64,000 bases of DNA from a virus (taxonomy: Duplodnaviria; Caudoviricetes), in IMG/VR virus record IMGVR_UViG_3300033121_001895, positions 38,912-102,911 of that record; one strand, written 5' to 3'. The notes beneath the pieces were generated by a model. The model was not told the origin of the DNA and did no database searches. It saw only the letters and a program-made list of their open reading frames with translations. The position numbers were made by a program, and so were the translations under genes. Positions 1 through 9,211 of the stretch are shown one piece after another (the first letter of the stretch is position 1; every line of letters begins with the position of its first letter).

Positions 1-181
1 CTACCGGTACAATTTTCTTCGTTAAGAACACCAGCTCGTCTGGCGTGGATTCCTCGGCTACATATATGCCGGAGGCCAACTCAATCCAAACCACCGGGGT
101 GGGATGTTTGAGGTTTGTGAACTTGATCCACACCGTATCGAACTTGTATTCGTGAATATCGTCCAATGGACTGTTGCTCAT
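1..181 (-). CDS. hypothetical protein, partial (runs off window start)
   Basis: ATG at 181 overlaps the TGA of the upstream gene (ATGA); frame MSNSPLDDIHEYKF... stays open to the window edge. Confidence 0.6.
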   Translation of the reverse strand, partial: MSNSPLDDIHEYKFDTVWIKFTNLKHPTPVVWIELASGIYVAEESTPDELVFLTKKIVPV

Positions 182-1164
182 ACCTCGATACGTCGAACGT
201 ACTCGCCGGTCAACGCGTCAAGGTCGGAAGTGTCTTTAGCGACTTGCAGTACCTCACCAACTGCAGCACCGAGGGCCGCAATTGCGTCATAGTCAGTCTT
301 GAGGTCCCGGCCAGAGCCGATAATTCCTCGGACTGCAGCGAGCTTTTCACGAACAACCTTGTCGTCAAGGAAGTCGAGACCTTCAAAAGCCTCGATAATC
401 CCAGCCATGGTTTTCAGGTTGGTCGTTGATACTACCTCCCGATCCTTGATCTTGCGTGCAATGGTTTCAAACACCTCCACAATACGCTCACGCATGGAGG
501 TGACAGCGTCCTTCAAGAAGCTGTCCACTTGCTGCATGCTTTGTGCATATTGTCGTTGCCACTCTGCCTCGAATTTACGCTGCATGTCCTCTCGAGCGGT
601 GGCTTCGGCCTGTACAGAGGCCAGGTCAATTTCCCGCATTTGTCTTGGGAATGCGACCTCGAACATACCGATATGAAACCCGAACTTGGTGCGAACGTGT
701 TCGCGGCTCGGGTAATAGGGCAGCAATAACGCCCGGTGATCCGGGTATTTTGCCAGCATGGCTTCCTTGTGCACCTCGTATTCGCGGAGAAACGTCTCGA
801 CGAGCGCGAGGTACTTTGTGCGGAAGTCGTGAAGCTTCTCGATCACCGTCGTCAAAGTACGGTGTGGCACAAAATGCGCTTGTGCGATCGGGAATGGATG
901 AGCGTGCGCACGGAGATATGCCCGTGCAGCGTTCTCAAGCGCTGCGAACTTGCGCAGCTGCTCTTCACCGACCAGCATCTTGTTGCCGAGCTTCACGAAC
1001 TCCGGCAACACGGCGTTTGCAACTAAAGGCAGATCCTCGCGGTTCAACCTGGTCGCCATCGACCATTTTGATACGTGAAGCTGCACCAATTTTCCATCAC
1101 GGAACAAGCGTTGAAAACGCTCGTTGAGCGCGTTCGGAGCTTGCGGTTGTGGGGCTTGACTCAT
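178..1164 (-). CDS. DUF3150-like helical protein
   Basis: 328 aa; LVQLHVSKW..., LGNKML, AARAYL...PFP..AHFVP pattern resembles DUF3150 proteins; ATGA-coupled to the AAA ATPase. Confidence 0.6.
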   Translation of the reverse strand: MSQAPQPQAPNALNERFQRLFRDGKLVQLHVSKWSMATRLNREDLPLVANAVLPEFVKLGNKMLVGEEQLRKFAALENAARAYLRAHAHPFPIAQAHFVPHRTLTTVIEKLHDFRTKYLALVETFLREYEVHKEAMLAKYPDHRALLLPYYPSREHVRTKFGFHIGMFEVAFPRQMREIDLASVQAEATAREDMQRKFEAEWQRQYAQSMQQVDSFLKDAVTSMRERIVEVFETIARKIKDREVVSTTNLKTMAGIIEAFEGLDFLDDKVVREKLAAVRGIIGSGRDLKTDYDAIAALGAAVGEVLQVAKDTSDLDALTGEYVRRIEV

Positions 1165-2756
1165 ATGGCAATACTCCGCAGTTCTTCTTTTACGTCGACC
1201 ACCGTTCCATCGTTACCGGCCATACGCAGCTTACCTTCAGCCTCGGCGCGCATCCGGACGATATCTGCCTCGTTCGTCTTCGATTGCGGGGTGGTTCCCT
1301 GAATTTCCTGGATCAAGTCTGCGTCAGAGAACTCGCGTTGACCGTCAGAGAAACACTTGAACATCACGCTGACGATCACTTGTTCAATCTCTGCGCCGGT
1401 GAACCCTCGGGACTCCTTCGCCAGGTGTTTCAAATTGAACTTGCCTGGTTCCCTGCCGTAGCGCTTCAGCAATACGCGGAAGATCGAAGCTCGGTCAGCC
1501 TCAGAAGGCAGGTCCAGCCAGAACAACTCGTCAAACCGTCCCTTACGAATCATCTCCGGGGGAAGGATCGTAAAGTTGTTTGAAGTGCCGATCACAAAGA
1601 CCGGAGTCTTGTGCTCAGAAAGCCACGTCAACAGAGTACCAAAACTTCTGGATGACGTGCCGGTATCGCCCTGGCCTGATACGGCGGAGCGATTCAACGA
1701 TTTCTCGATCTCGTCGATATAGAGGATACAGCTGCCGATACCATCCACAGCCTGAATGACGCGCCGGAAGTTCTGTTCGGTTTCGCCAACCAACTTACCG
1801 AACAATGAACCGATGTCCAGTTGGAAGGCAGGTAGTCCGAGTTCCGCCGACGTCGCCTTGGCGAGTAGCGTTTTACCAGATCCCGGGACGCCGCACAGCA
1901 GCACACCCCTTGGGTAAGGTAGCCCGTATTTCCGTGCAGCCGGAAGATACGCCTGTCCACGCTGACGGATCCAGGCTTTCAACCCTTCCAGCCCGCCGAC
2001 CTCATCAAACGTCACATCAGGCTCCAGGTAAGTAAGCAGCCCGGACTTCTTCAGGTGCGCAACCTTTTCGGTAAACACAGAATCGACAAAGGTCCGATCG
2101 AACTTCTTGCTACCCACGATGGCAAGAGTGTACGCGTTTTCAGCCTCGCTGTCCGTTAATCCCTTCGCCGCCTCAATGGCCTTGGCCATGATTTCCGGGG
2201 AAATGGAAAAGTCGTGGTGTGACCCGGCTGCCTTGGTGGCCTCGACCCCGCGCTGTACGAAAAGAAGTCGGTCTCGCAACCCTTCGTCACCCGGCAGGGC
2301 GAAGTCGAGCACCTGGACGTCCTTGATGAGCTCCTCAGGTATCGCATAAAGAGGAGTGACGAATAACACGGTTGTACCTTTACTCTTCAACCGTCCGATC
2401 ACATTTCGAAACGCACGGCGCACCGAAGGGTCCTGGAAGTACGGATGAAAATCCTTGAGAATGAAAAGCTGCCGGTCAGCCGAATTCTTCTCGATGTACT
2501 CCAGCAACTTCTTCACTACTGCCGTATCGTTAATCGCTGTGCGTGATTTGTTCAACTCCATCTTGGTGAGTCCGCGAATGGCGTCCCATTCGAGGATAGT
2601 CCGGGCACGCCGGCCACTCTCAGGAGGAGGGTTAAGAACCCAGTCCGAGATCTCACTGATTACACGGCCTTCCTCGTGAGTCTGAACCCACAACAACGGA
2701 TAACTCGAATTGAGATAGGCTTCGAGCCGGCCCTGGAATGACACCCTGGAACTCAT
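1161..2756 (-). CDS. Ycf46-like AAA+ ATPase
   Basis: Walker A GVPGSGKT, Walker B YIDEIEK, SRH RKGRFDELFWLDLP; degenerate N-terminal AAA domain (LWVQTHEEGR, LKDFH). Confidence 0.9.
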   Translation of the reverse strand: MSSRVSFQGRLEAYLNSSYPLLWVQTHEEGRVISEISDWVLNPPPESGRRARTILEWDAIRGLTKMELNKSRTAINDTAVVKKLLEYIEKNSADRQLFILKDFHPYFQDPSVRRAFRNVIGRLKSKGTTVLFVTPLYAIPEELIKDVQVLDFALPGDEGLRDRLLFVQRGVEATKAAGSHHDFSISPEIMAKAIEAAKGLTDSEAENAYTLAIVGSKKFDRTFVDSVFTEKVAHLKKSGLLTYLEPDVTFDEVGGLEGLKAWIRQRGQAYLPAARKYGLPYPRGVLLCGVPGSGKTLLAKATSAELGLPAFQLDIGSLFGKLVGETEQNFRRVIQAVDGIGSCILYIDEIEKSLNRSAVSGQGDTGTSSRSFGTLLTWLSEHKTPVFVIGTSNNFTILPPEMIRKGRFDELFWLDLPSEADRASIFRVLLKRYGREPGKFNLKHLAKESRGFTGAEIEQVIVSVMFKCFSDGQREFSDADLIQEIQGTTPQSKTNEADIVRMRAEAEGKLRMAGNDGTVVDVKEELRSIAI

Positions 2757-2762
2757 TGTAGC

Positions 2763-3140
2763 TTAGGTGCTTGAAACTTTACATGTTTCGCCAGTATCAA
2801 GGAGAGACTCAAGCAAATTGACCACACGGTCAACTGCCGCACTGGCGTAATCGTCGCCTCTCCTGCTAGTAAGTAATTGAACTTCCTGCATGACCTCGAG
2901 ATCCTCCTCCAGCTGAGGCAGGTCAAGGTCGTCGAAAAAGGTACGGCGGATTTGTGCCCGCCGTGCCTCTGGGGATGCTGCTGGTGCTGAAGGTCGCTCA
3001 GAAGGGACCAATACTACGGACCCCTTGAACGCCAGTTGCACCAGCTTTTCCACTTCAGCTGCATCGATTGGAAGTCGCGCAGATGAAGGACGCGAGGGTT
3101 TAGCCCCCGACTTTTTCGTGACCCGCTTGGGCTTTGGCAT
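2763..3140 (-). CDS. hypothetical protein
   Basis: 125-aa ORF tiling the operon; basic N-terminus. Confidence 0.65.
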   Translation of the reverse strand: MPKPKRVTKKSGAKPSRPSSARLPIDAAEVEKLVQLAFKGSVVLVPSERPSAPAASPEARRAQIRRTFFDDLDLPQLEEDLEVMQEVQLLTSRRGDDYASAAVDRVVNLLESLLDTGETCKVSST

Positions 3141-3744
3141 GTTGGTCGATGAGTTTCAGAACGTCGATTTCGAAAAAGTCCACAAGGACCTTCAACACCG
3201 CCAACGGCACAGTCATGCCCGGGCGGACTTTTCCTTCAAAGAACAGCTTCTGCCGTGGCGAGGCCTGGTCAAAGAATGCCGTCGCATGAGCCTGAAGTTC
3301 TTTCAGTGCCGGATGGCGCAGGTCAAGCACCGTGTATGCGGCGAGTTTTTCCTGAGAAGCTTCCTGGTCAGGAGCGTCGTCCGTGTCGGTTCGTGTGATC
3401 TGCGTCGCTGCTGGAACGGTCGTAGTTACGACTGGAGGCAGTGGTGGCGGTGTCACCGCAGGCACCACAACCCTCGGGGTACGCTTCGCTGGCTCTGGTG
3501 TAGGAGCGGCGGGCGCAGGAGCGGCGGGTGCGCCGTCCTTGGGCTTGTTCTTGCTCCCAGGAGGCCGGCCACGACGCTTGGGAACCTCGGCAGTTGCCGG
3601 AGGAGCAGGCGGAGGCGGTGGAGGCGTAGCAGCAACCGCGCGGGCGCGCTTCTGTACAGTAGGCGCCGGGGTAGGTGCAAGAGTACTAGCTGCTGTGACA
3701 GCAGGGAGCTTGGGTTTGTTCTTGGATCCTTTAGGTCTTCCCAT
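3100..3744 (-). CDS. AT-hook DNA-binding protein with Pro/Ala-rich linker
   Basis: two AT-hook motifs, MGRPKGSKNKPK and KRRGRPPGSKNKPK. Confidence 0.75.
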   Translation of the reverse strand: MGRPKGSKNKPKLPAVTAASTLAPTPAPTVQKRARAVAATPPPPPPAPPATAEVPKRRGRPPGSKNKPKDGAPAAPAPAAPTPEPAKRTPRVVVPAVTPPPLPPVVTTTVPAATQITRTDTDDAPDQEASQEKLAAYTVLDLRHPALKELQAHATAFFDQASPRQKLFFEGKVRPGMTVPLAVLKVLVDFFEIDVLKLIDQHAKAQAGHEKVGG

Positions 3745-3746
3745 AA

Positions 3747-3884
3747 TTACTTGTTCTTCTTTGGGTTCTTCACTGCGCTCACGGTACGGCTCTTCGCCTT
3801 ACCGGTGATATAGGTCGGGGAGGAAGAGGTTTGTGGGTTAATCGAACCGTCTTTCGCTGTTACCCGCTTGGTTGTTTTGCTCAT
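3747..3884 (-). CDS. small basic protein (45 aa, absent from ORF track)
   Basis: MSKTTKRVTAKDGSINPQTSSSPTYITGKAKSRTVSAVKNPKKNK*; its stop joins the next ATG as TAATTATG, like other junctions here. Confidence 0.55.
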   Translation of the reverse strand: MSKTTKRVTAKDGSINPQTSSSPTYITGKAKSRTVSAVKNPKKNK

Positions 3885-3937
3885 TTGGCGTTCGGTTGTT
3901 TACTGGCAAAATGGCTTTTACGATGATAACTACGCCA

Positions 3938-3966
3938 TTGATCATCATCGAAAAGGAAGTTACAAT
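3938..3966 (+). promoter_or_regulatory. sigma70-like promoter for the terminase gene
   Basis: TTGATC-N17-TACAAT. Confidence 0.6.
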
Positions 3967-4005
3967 GAGTTCCAGCCAGGTATTAAAAGCTGGTGACTCA
4001 TTACT

Positions 4006-5739
4006 ATGATATCGAATCTGCATGCTCTGCTTGCTAAAGCTAAGGAAATATTATCCTCGCCAGCATCCAAGGAGGAAGCCAAAGCCACCGCAAGGCAGCT
4101 GCTTTTCTTGTCTGCTCCGCTCTCCACCGTTGTTGAGACTTATCTCTATGACAACGAAGGGCGTCCACAAAGTCTGGAAAAGTTCCAGATGATGCGGGCA
4201 ATCTATGATGGTACTCCGCAGAGGCTTTTATTAAAGTGCAGCCGTAAGACACTGAAATCAACCCTGTTGAGCAACATGATCGCGCTGAATTTGCTGCGAT
4301 ACCAGCATTACAAGATGCTATATGTGGCTCCACAAGAACTATCGGCAAAATACTTTAGCAACAACTATCTTAATGTGCGATTCGAAAGCCCACCGTTGAA
4401 GCAGGTGCTTCGTGGGTTTAGTAGAAATGACGTATTTGAAAAAATCCTGGAAGATACGAATAGTAGCGTAATCCTGCGTTACTGCAAAGAGGACGCCTCG
4501 CGTATTCGTGGTCCCGCTACTGACCAGAACATTCATGACGAGGTGCAGGACATGGCGTTTGAAACTCTCCCCATTATCAAAGAGACAATGGCATTGTCTG
4601 CGTTCAAACGAGAGATTTTCGCCGGTACTCCACTGACCACCGACAACACCATCAATGAGCTGTGGAAAACATCCAGCCAATGCGAATGGGTTACCAAGTG
4701 CCCCGCGTGCGGGCATTGGAACAGCCTTACTCCCGACAACGAGCCATTCAAGATGGTCCGAAAGGAAGGGCTCTCTTGCAGTAAGTGCAGCACCTTGCTC
4801 AATACAGGTACAGGCGAGTGGGTGGAGTTTAACCCTGGTGCCTATGACCTGATCGGTTATCATCTGGCCCAACCAATCCTGACACACTTCAACCAAGACC
4901 CGAGGGAATGGGCTGAAATCTACAAGAAGGTTTGGAACACCGGGCCAAACAAATACTCACCAGCCCAAATCAACAACGAGGTATTCGGCCTCGCTTTCGA
5001 CACCGGTTCCAAGCCCATCACCGAGGAGCAGCTAAAGAAGCTGTCGACTCTCGGTGATATGGATGGTGTTTACACCAGAGGGTTGTCGAGGTATCTATAT
5101 ATTACTTGTGGTGTTGACTGGGGCGTCAACATGGATACTTCTCGTACCGCAGTCGTTATGGGAGGTCTTCGTGAAGACGGGGTGTACGAAGTGTTCTTCG
5201 CACGCATCCTAAAGGACTTTGACTACGAGAAGCATATCCATGACATCGCCGAATTTGCCAACCGAGTAAACGCTTTTTGTGCTTGTGACGCGGGCCCAGA
5301 CCCTGCACGTGGTAAGATGCTGGCGGACCAGACGTCGTGGCAGCGTACTCAGCTGGTTCGTTACGAGGATGGGTTGCTTATGCAACAATACAAGACACCA
5401 CCGAACGCGATTCACCCGTCGCAGAATCGCTGGTGCTTGCATCGCAGTGACACCATGACCTTTGTGTTCAACCAACTAAAGGCCGGGAAGGTGTTGTTCC
5501 CAAATTGGGAACAGACGTCGGAGTGTCATAGTGACATCTTGAACATCTTCGTTGAAGTGAAGGAAGGCGTGCTCCGGCAAGAACTGGTCTACCGCCACCC
5601 CGCAGCCAAGCCTGATGACTTCTTCCATGCACTAAATTTTGCTGTGTGCCAAGCGCATTTGCTGGCCGGTAATCCTGTGCTCAACGCACCCTCATCCTCT
5701 GCTGTTGACGGGGAGTGGCGCGGCGGGGTCCACGGGTAA
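4006..5739 (+). CDS. terL: terminase large subunit (GpA-like)
   Basis: deviant Walker A KCSRKTLKST, Walker B HDEVQD, motif III AGTP, CxxC..CxxC pair, nuclease motifs GVDWG and PDDFFHA. Confidence 0.88.
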   Translation: MISNLHALLAKAKEILSSPASKEEAKATARQLLFLSAPLSTVVETYLYDNEGRPQSLEKFQMMRAIYDGTPQRLLLKCSRKTLKSTLLSNMIALNLLRYQHYKMLYVAPQELSAKYFSNNYLNVRFESPPLKQVLRGFSRNDVFEKILEDTNSSVILRYCKEDASRIRGPATDQNIHDEVQDMAFETLPIIKETMALSAFKREIFAGTPLTTDNTINELWKTSSQCEWVTKCPACGHWNSLTPDNEPFKMVRKEGLSCSKCSTLLNTGTGEWVEFNPGAYDLIGYHLAQPILTHFNQDPREWAEIYKKVWNTGPNKYSPAQINNEVFGLAFDTGSKPITEEQLKKLSTLGDMDGVYTRGLSRYLYITCGVDWGVNMDTSRTAVVMGGLREDGVYEVFFARILKDFDYEKHIHDIAEFANRVNAFCACDAGPDPARGKMLADQTSWQRTQLVRYEDGLLMQQYKTPPNAIHPSQNRWCLHRSDTMTFVFNQLKAGKVLFPNWEQTSECHSDILNIFVEVKEGVLRQELVYRHPAAKPDDFFHALNFAVCQAHLLAGNPVLNAPSSSAVDGEWRGGVHG

Positions 5740-5970
5740 TGCCTGGAAGTTGCTGCAAGATTCCAACCAGACTGGGTCAAAGTTGAAAGGCCAGAAAAAC
5801 CAACCCTGCGCTACTCCGTGGGAATTTGCGGTAACCTGCTTAAAGCTCAAAGCTCCAGTACAACGGGAATGACAATCCCCAGGGATGGATCGACGGTGGA
5901 CACATCGGTAGCATAGCGGGTCTTGTGGGCTACTTAAGGTCACCGTCGGTGGTGTAACTTGTGTGGGCAT
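5692..5970 (-). CDS. small Cys-rich hypothetical protein
   Basis: CYRC...DCHSRC...GWFFWPFNFDPVWLESC; ATG start directly after the upstream stop. Confidence 0.65.
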   Translation of the reverse strand: MPTQVTPPTVTLSSPQDPLCYRCVHRRSIPGDCHSRCTGALSFKQVTANSHGVAQGWFFWPFNFDPVWLESCSNFQALPVDPAAPLPVNSRG

Positions 5971-5972
5971 AA

Positions 5973-6395
5973 CTAAACAGGCAGTACGAGGGCAAAACGA
6001 TCCTCACACATGGCGAGGAAAAGTTCCTCGCCGTCATCACCAAAGCGCCCAGTCACGGCCCGGTACAATTCCACCATGATGTTGGCGAACCCTTGGATGA
6101 CCTCTGCGTATCGAGGATGGTTGATAAACGCTTCGGTCACTGCGATCTTCACCCGAGGAAGAAGCTTGGAGACGAGCGGTTTTGAGAGTCCGCCTGCAAT
6201 GAGGCGGTCACTCAATGCACTATACGCCACCAAGGCCGGGAGGGTCGAGAGATCACGAGCGGCCGCAGCCTTCATTCCCTCGACATACTGAGGGAGGACC
6301 TCATCGAGCGAAGGAGGACGGGGAGGCATAGGAGGCCCACCAAGAAGAGGAGCGTTACGGAGTTGGTCAGGAGTCAAGATACGCGGTTGATTCAT
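5973..6395 (-). CDS. hypothetical protein (start revised to MNQPRIL)
   Basis: ATG at 6395 removes a long overlap with the upstream gene. Confidence 0.6.
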   Translation of the reverse strand: MNQPRILTPDQLRNAPLLGGPPMPPRPPSLDEVLPQYVEGMKAAAARDLSTLPALVAYSALSDRLIAGGLSKPLVSKLLPRVKIAVTEAFINHPRYAEVIQGFANIMVELYRAVTGRFGDDGEELFLAMCEDRFALVLPV

Positions 6396-7086
6396 AGAGT
6401 TCAGTACGGAGTTCTTTCTGGGCGGTATCCTCGGCGAGTTTAGCTCGACGGAGATTGTCACGGCCGTTATAGGCAGAGTGCCCATGCAAGTGGCTGATAA
6501 GAGGATAGAAATTGTTGCAATCCATGTGACGTTGCAACTGAGCGATTTGGGTGTCCAGGTCGCCGTCACATGCCGGCAACTTGCTGATGTACGCTGGGCG
6601 AATGCGCAACTGGAACATCCACGGGGACCGGAAAGAGTAGTGTGCCGGGCGAAAGCGCCGATCTTTCGGATAGCAACAACAGAAAGGAGCGTTGCATTCG
6701 TGGCGATAAAACCACTTCTTCAAAGATTCTGGTAGGTCCTTAGGCCAACCAATTTCTTCTCCAGTCGAATAATGCGGGCGCACCTCGATAGGGCGAAGCG
6801 GAGGCGGATCCAGGGTCACACGCTTTTTCCGCCCAAAACCCCTAACCAGAAAATCCTGGGTCTTGGACCACTGATGGCAGCCGATGTGGTTCAGGATCTT
6901 GCGGAAGTCCGCAGCGTCAGCTCGGGCCGCCACATCCGGGCGAAGGTCCCAGTCACGGATCCAACCGTATTGAAACGGTTTACACGGTACCCACCTTCCA
7001 CACCATCGTTGTTGGTGCAACTCGTTCAGCCGACGGAATGTTGCCAGCGCGTGTTTGTTACGTTGTTGAACTTTATTCAGGAGCAC
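6367..7086 (-). CDS. hypothetical basic/aromatic protein
   Basis: 239-aa ORF filling the gap in the operon. Confidence 0.65.
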   Translation of the reverse strand: MLLNKVQQRNKHALATFRRLNELHQQRWCGRWVPCKPFQYGWIRDWDLRPDVAARADAADFRKILNHIGCHQWSKTQDFLVRGFGRKKRVTLDPPPLRPIEVRPHYSTGEEIGWPKDLPESLKKWFYRHECNAPFCCCYPKDRRFRPAHYSFRSPWMFQLRIRPAYISKLPACDGDLDTQIAQLQRHMDCNNFYPLISHLHGHSAYNGRDNLRRAKLAEDTAQKELRTELYESTAYLDS

Positions 7087-7090
7087 AATG

Positions 7091-7114
7091 AAAAAGCCGG
7101 CCCATAAGGCCGGC
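7091..7114 (-). terminator. intrinsic terminator after the RNA ligase
   Basis: GCCGGCC-TTATG-GGCCGGC followed by TTTTT on the minus strand. Confidence 0.65.
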
Positions 7115-7134
7115 CGATTAGTGACATAGTTGCT

Positions 7135-8169
7135 CTACTCTCCGTACTTGAGTAGAAATTCGGGGTTGATTACCTTGAAGGACAGACGCCCAAGGTCACA
7201 GTCGACTGTTTCGACATGTGGTCGGAAAACCCCTCCTTCAATCCACACTTGTGGGTTGAGTAGTGACTTACGCGTGACGAACTCCACCAACGAGTCGACG
7301 GTGTGTCCCGCCAGCGTAATACTAGGCTCAATGATCGGAACCATCCCAATATTCCAAGTCTGACACCACGAGGCGAGCTCCTCATTGGTAAGGAAGCGAT
7401 GCCGGTCGATGTCGAACAGGTTGAAAGCAAAGAACTGGACGGAGGACAGCCCTAGTTTGTTGCTCTGAATGTTCGGACCCGCGAGTTCTCCCTGAACGGC
7501 GTAATGCGTCCCATGCGCTTGCCCGTATTGTTCAAGTGCTTCGTGGATCTGACGTTCTGCGGCCACCTTCCACTGAACGGCGTCTCCTGGGATAAGGTCA
7601 CGATTTCTGGAACAGGCACCACGCATGGGTTGACCATCCAATGCCATGGTTGAATAGTAGGTTGTGGACATTCCGTCAATCTTCTCGGTGACGGTGAATT
7701 GTATGTTCGGCCACCGCTGTAAGACGGATGGGCACGCCTGGAGTCTTGTTTCGTCCGTCTTGACGAGGAAGGAAGGAAAGTCTCCACGAGCCAGACCAGC
7801 CATAACCGCAGGGAGAGGAGGAGGTTCATATTTCGTGATACCTAGGACTCCCGTAACATCGGTGCCTACCTGAAGAAGTTTGACGGCGGCCAGTTGTGGA
7901 AGACCTAAACCTAGGACCAACCCTTGGGAGATTTGTTTTTTCATCCTCACCGTCTTCAGTCGGAGAGGTTTGTCCGGGATCAGTTCGCCTGTCCACGGGT
8001 TAAAAGGAAGCATTGAATCTGGCTCGATATAGACGACCAGATCGCCCACCCTGAACTCCCCCTTTCTAACGACACACTTCCAACCGAGCACAGTTGCGCT
8101 CTCGATTTTGTCTGCGTCTGGAATAGGTTGGAGATCAACGATGCGCTGAATACTAGCGAGTTGTCTCAT
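7135..8169 (-). CDS. ATP-dependent RNA ligase, DRB0094/Rnl2-like family
   Basis: N-terminal OB-like MRQLASIQRI..ADKIE..V.GW; nucleotidyltransferase motifs TEKIDG, QGELAG, FAFNLF, EGGVFR, SFKVIN. Confidence 0.92.
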   Translation of the reverse strand: MRQLASIQRIVDLQPIPDADKIESATVLGWKCVVRKGEFRVGDLVVYIEPDSMLPFNPWTGELIPDKPLRLKTVRMKKQISQGLVLGLGLPQLAAVKLLQVGTDVTGVLGITKYEPPPLPAVMAGLARGDFPSFLVKTDETRLQACPSVLQRWPNIQFTVTEKIDGMSTTYYSTMALDGQPMRGACSRNRDLIPGDAVQWKVAAERQIHEALEQYGQAHGTHYAVQGELAGPNIQSNKLGLSSVQFFAFNLFDIDRHRFLTNEELASWCQTWNIGMVPIIEPSITLAGHTVDSLVEFVTRKSLLNPQVWIEGGVFRPHVETVDCDLGRLSFKVINPEFLLKYGE

Positions 8170-8729
8170 TGACGAACGAGTGACTGGACATAATCCGTAA
8201 GGGCTTTTGTCCTAGCATCGTAGATTGCGCTCAAAGCCGCATTCTTCTCTGACGGATCCGCCTTGACCGATGGAGGCATCAAGGCGCCCTTAAAAATAGA
8301 CGCCGCTTCCGACATACCATAGTGATAGAGTATCACCCCGACGTAGGCCTTTACTTCATCTGAGAAGGGCGTATCCTCGGCGTCACCGACGAAAAGCCGA
8401 TAGTGCGCCAGGGCGGCGGCTAATTCTTCAGCTTCTAGAGGTGTTGGGTCTTCAAAGCTGTCTGGTGTATTGTTGAGAAGGTGACAGACGGTTTTGAATA
8501 CTTCCCACTGACTTTGGAACAAGTCGGTCTGGAGAATCGTGAACCCTGCTTGAATCTTGTCAGATTGTAGATCCGAAAGGGTTACGCCGAAATCCGATTC
8601 CAATTCTTCCCGTAGGAACTCAGGCTGCCAAGACATTGCCTCTGTACCATATCGACGCAGCACGACGTCAACCAGAGCGATTGCCGGGGCCTTCTCATCC
8701 TTCAACACCTCTAACGAGAATATGGTCAT
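8166..8729 (-). CDS. hypothetical acidic helical protein
   Basis: 187-aa ORF, ATGA-coupled to the ligase. Confidence 0.7.
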   Translation of the reverse strand: MTIFSLEVLKDEKAPAIALVDVVLRRYGTEAMSWQPEFLREELESDFGVTLSDLQSDKIQAGFTILQTDLFQSQWEVFKTVCHLLNNTPDSFEDPTPLEAEELAAALAHYRLFVGDAEDTPFSDEVKAYVGVILYHYGMSEAASIFKGALMPPSVKADPSEKNAALSAIYDARTKALTDYVQSLVRQ

Positions 8730-8734
8730 GGGAG

Positions 8735-8965
8735 TTATATCGTAACTTGGTCGGTCTCGTCTCCGGTCATTGGATTATCGAAGAAGCCTTCGTCTTTCAG
8801 ATACTTAACAAAAGCCTGTTGCTCGGCTGGCTTCAACGGACGCCCTGAGGAAAGGGTGAATACGTTGTTCCCTGGAAACACCCGTAGAGCAAGAGGTACA
8901 CCACGCAAGGTTAGCTGGTGGTCAAAATAAACAGGAGCAGGTATGGGAGCCATGTTGAGTTGCAT
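8735..8965 (-). CDS. hypothetical protein
   Basis: 76-aa ORF tiling the operon. Confidence 0.6.
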   Translation of the reverse strand: MQLNMAPIPAPVYFDHQLTLRGVPLALRVFPGNNVFTLSSGRPLKPAEQQAFVKYLKDEGFFDNPMTGDETDQVTI

Positions 8966-9016
8966 ATGTAAGGCCCGACCGGTACAGGATCAGGGCTTAA
9001 AACATGTTGCGGAGAG

Positions 9017-9205
9017 CTACCTCTCGTCAACAAGAAGCTTCCCTGTCTCGGCATTCTTAAAGATCCACGCAGTACGTTCAGCGTAGTCCATCTTGTCGAA
9101 ACCCTTCTGCAGGGTTTCCCTAATCAAACTAACGTCGAGGTCGAAGGTGGTAGTCACCTCGTCCTGGGTGTTACGGTCAAAGCCCGTGGCTAATGTGAAT
9201 CTCAT
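9017..9205 (-). CDS. hypothetical protein
   Basis: 62-aa ORF tiling the operon. Confidence 0.6.
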   Translation of the reverse strand: MRFTLATGFDRNTQDEVTTTFDLDVSLIRETLQKGFDKMDYAERTAWIFKNAETGKLLVDER

Positions 9206-9211
9206 TCAGAG

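Noticed and set aside
3025-3813. Long plus-strand ORFs (262 aa and 141 aa) and similar antisense ORFs elsewhere, e.g. 54243-55028
   Set aside because: Shadows of better-supported minus-strand genes, with no recognisable motifs
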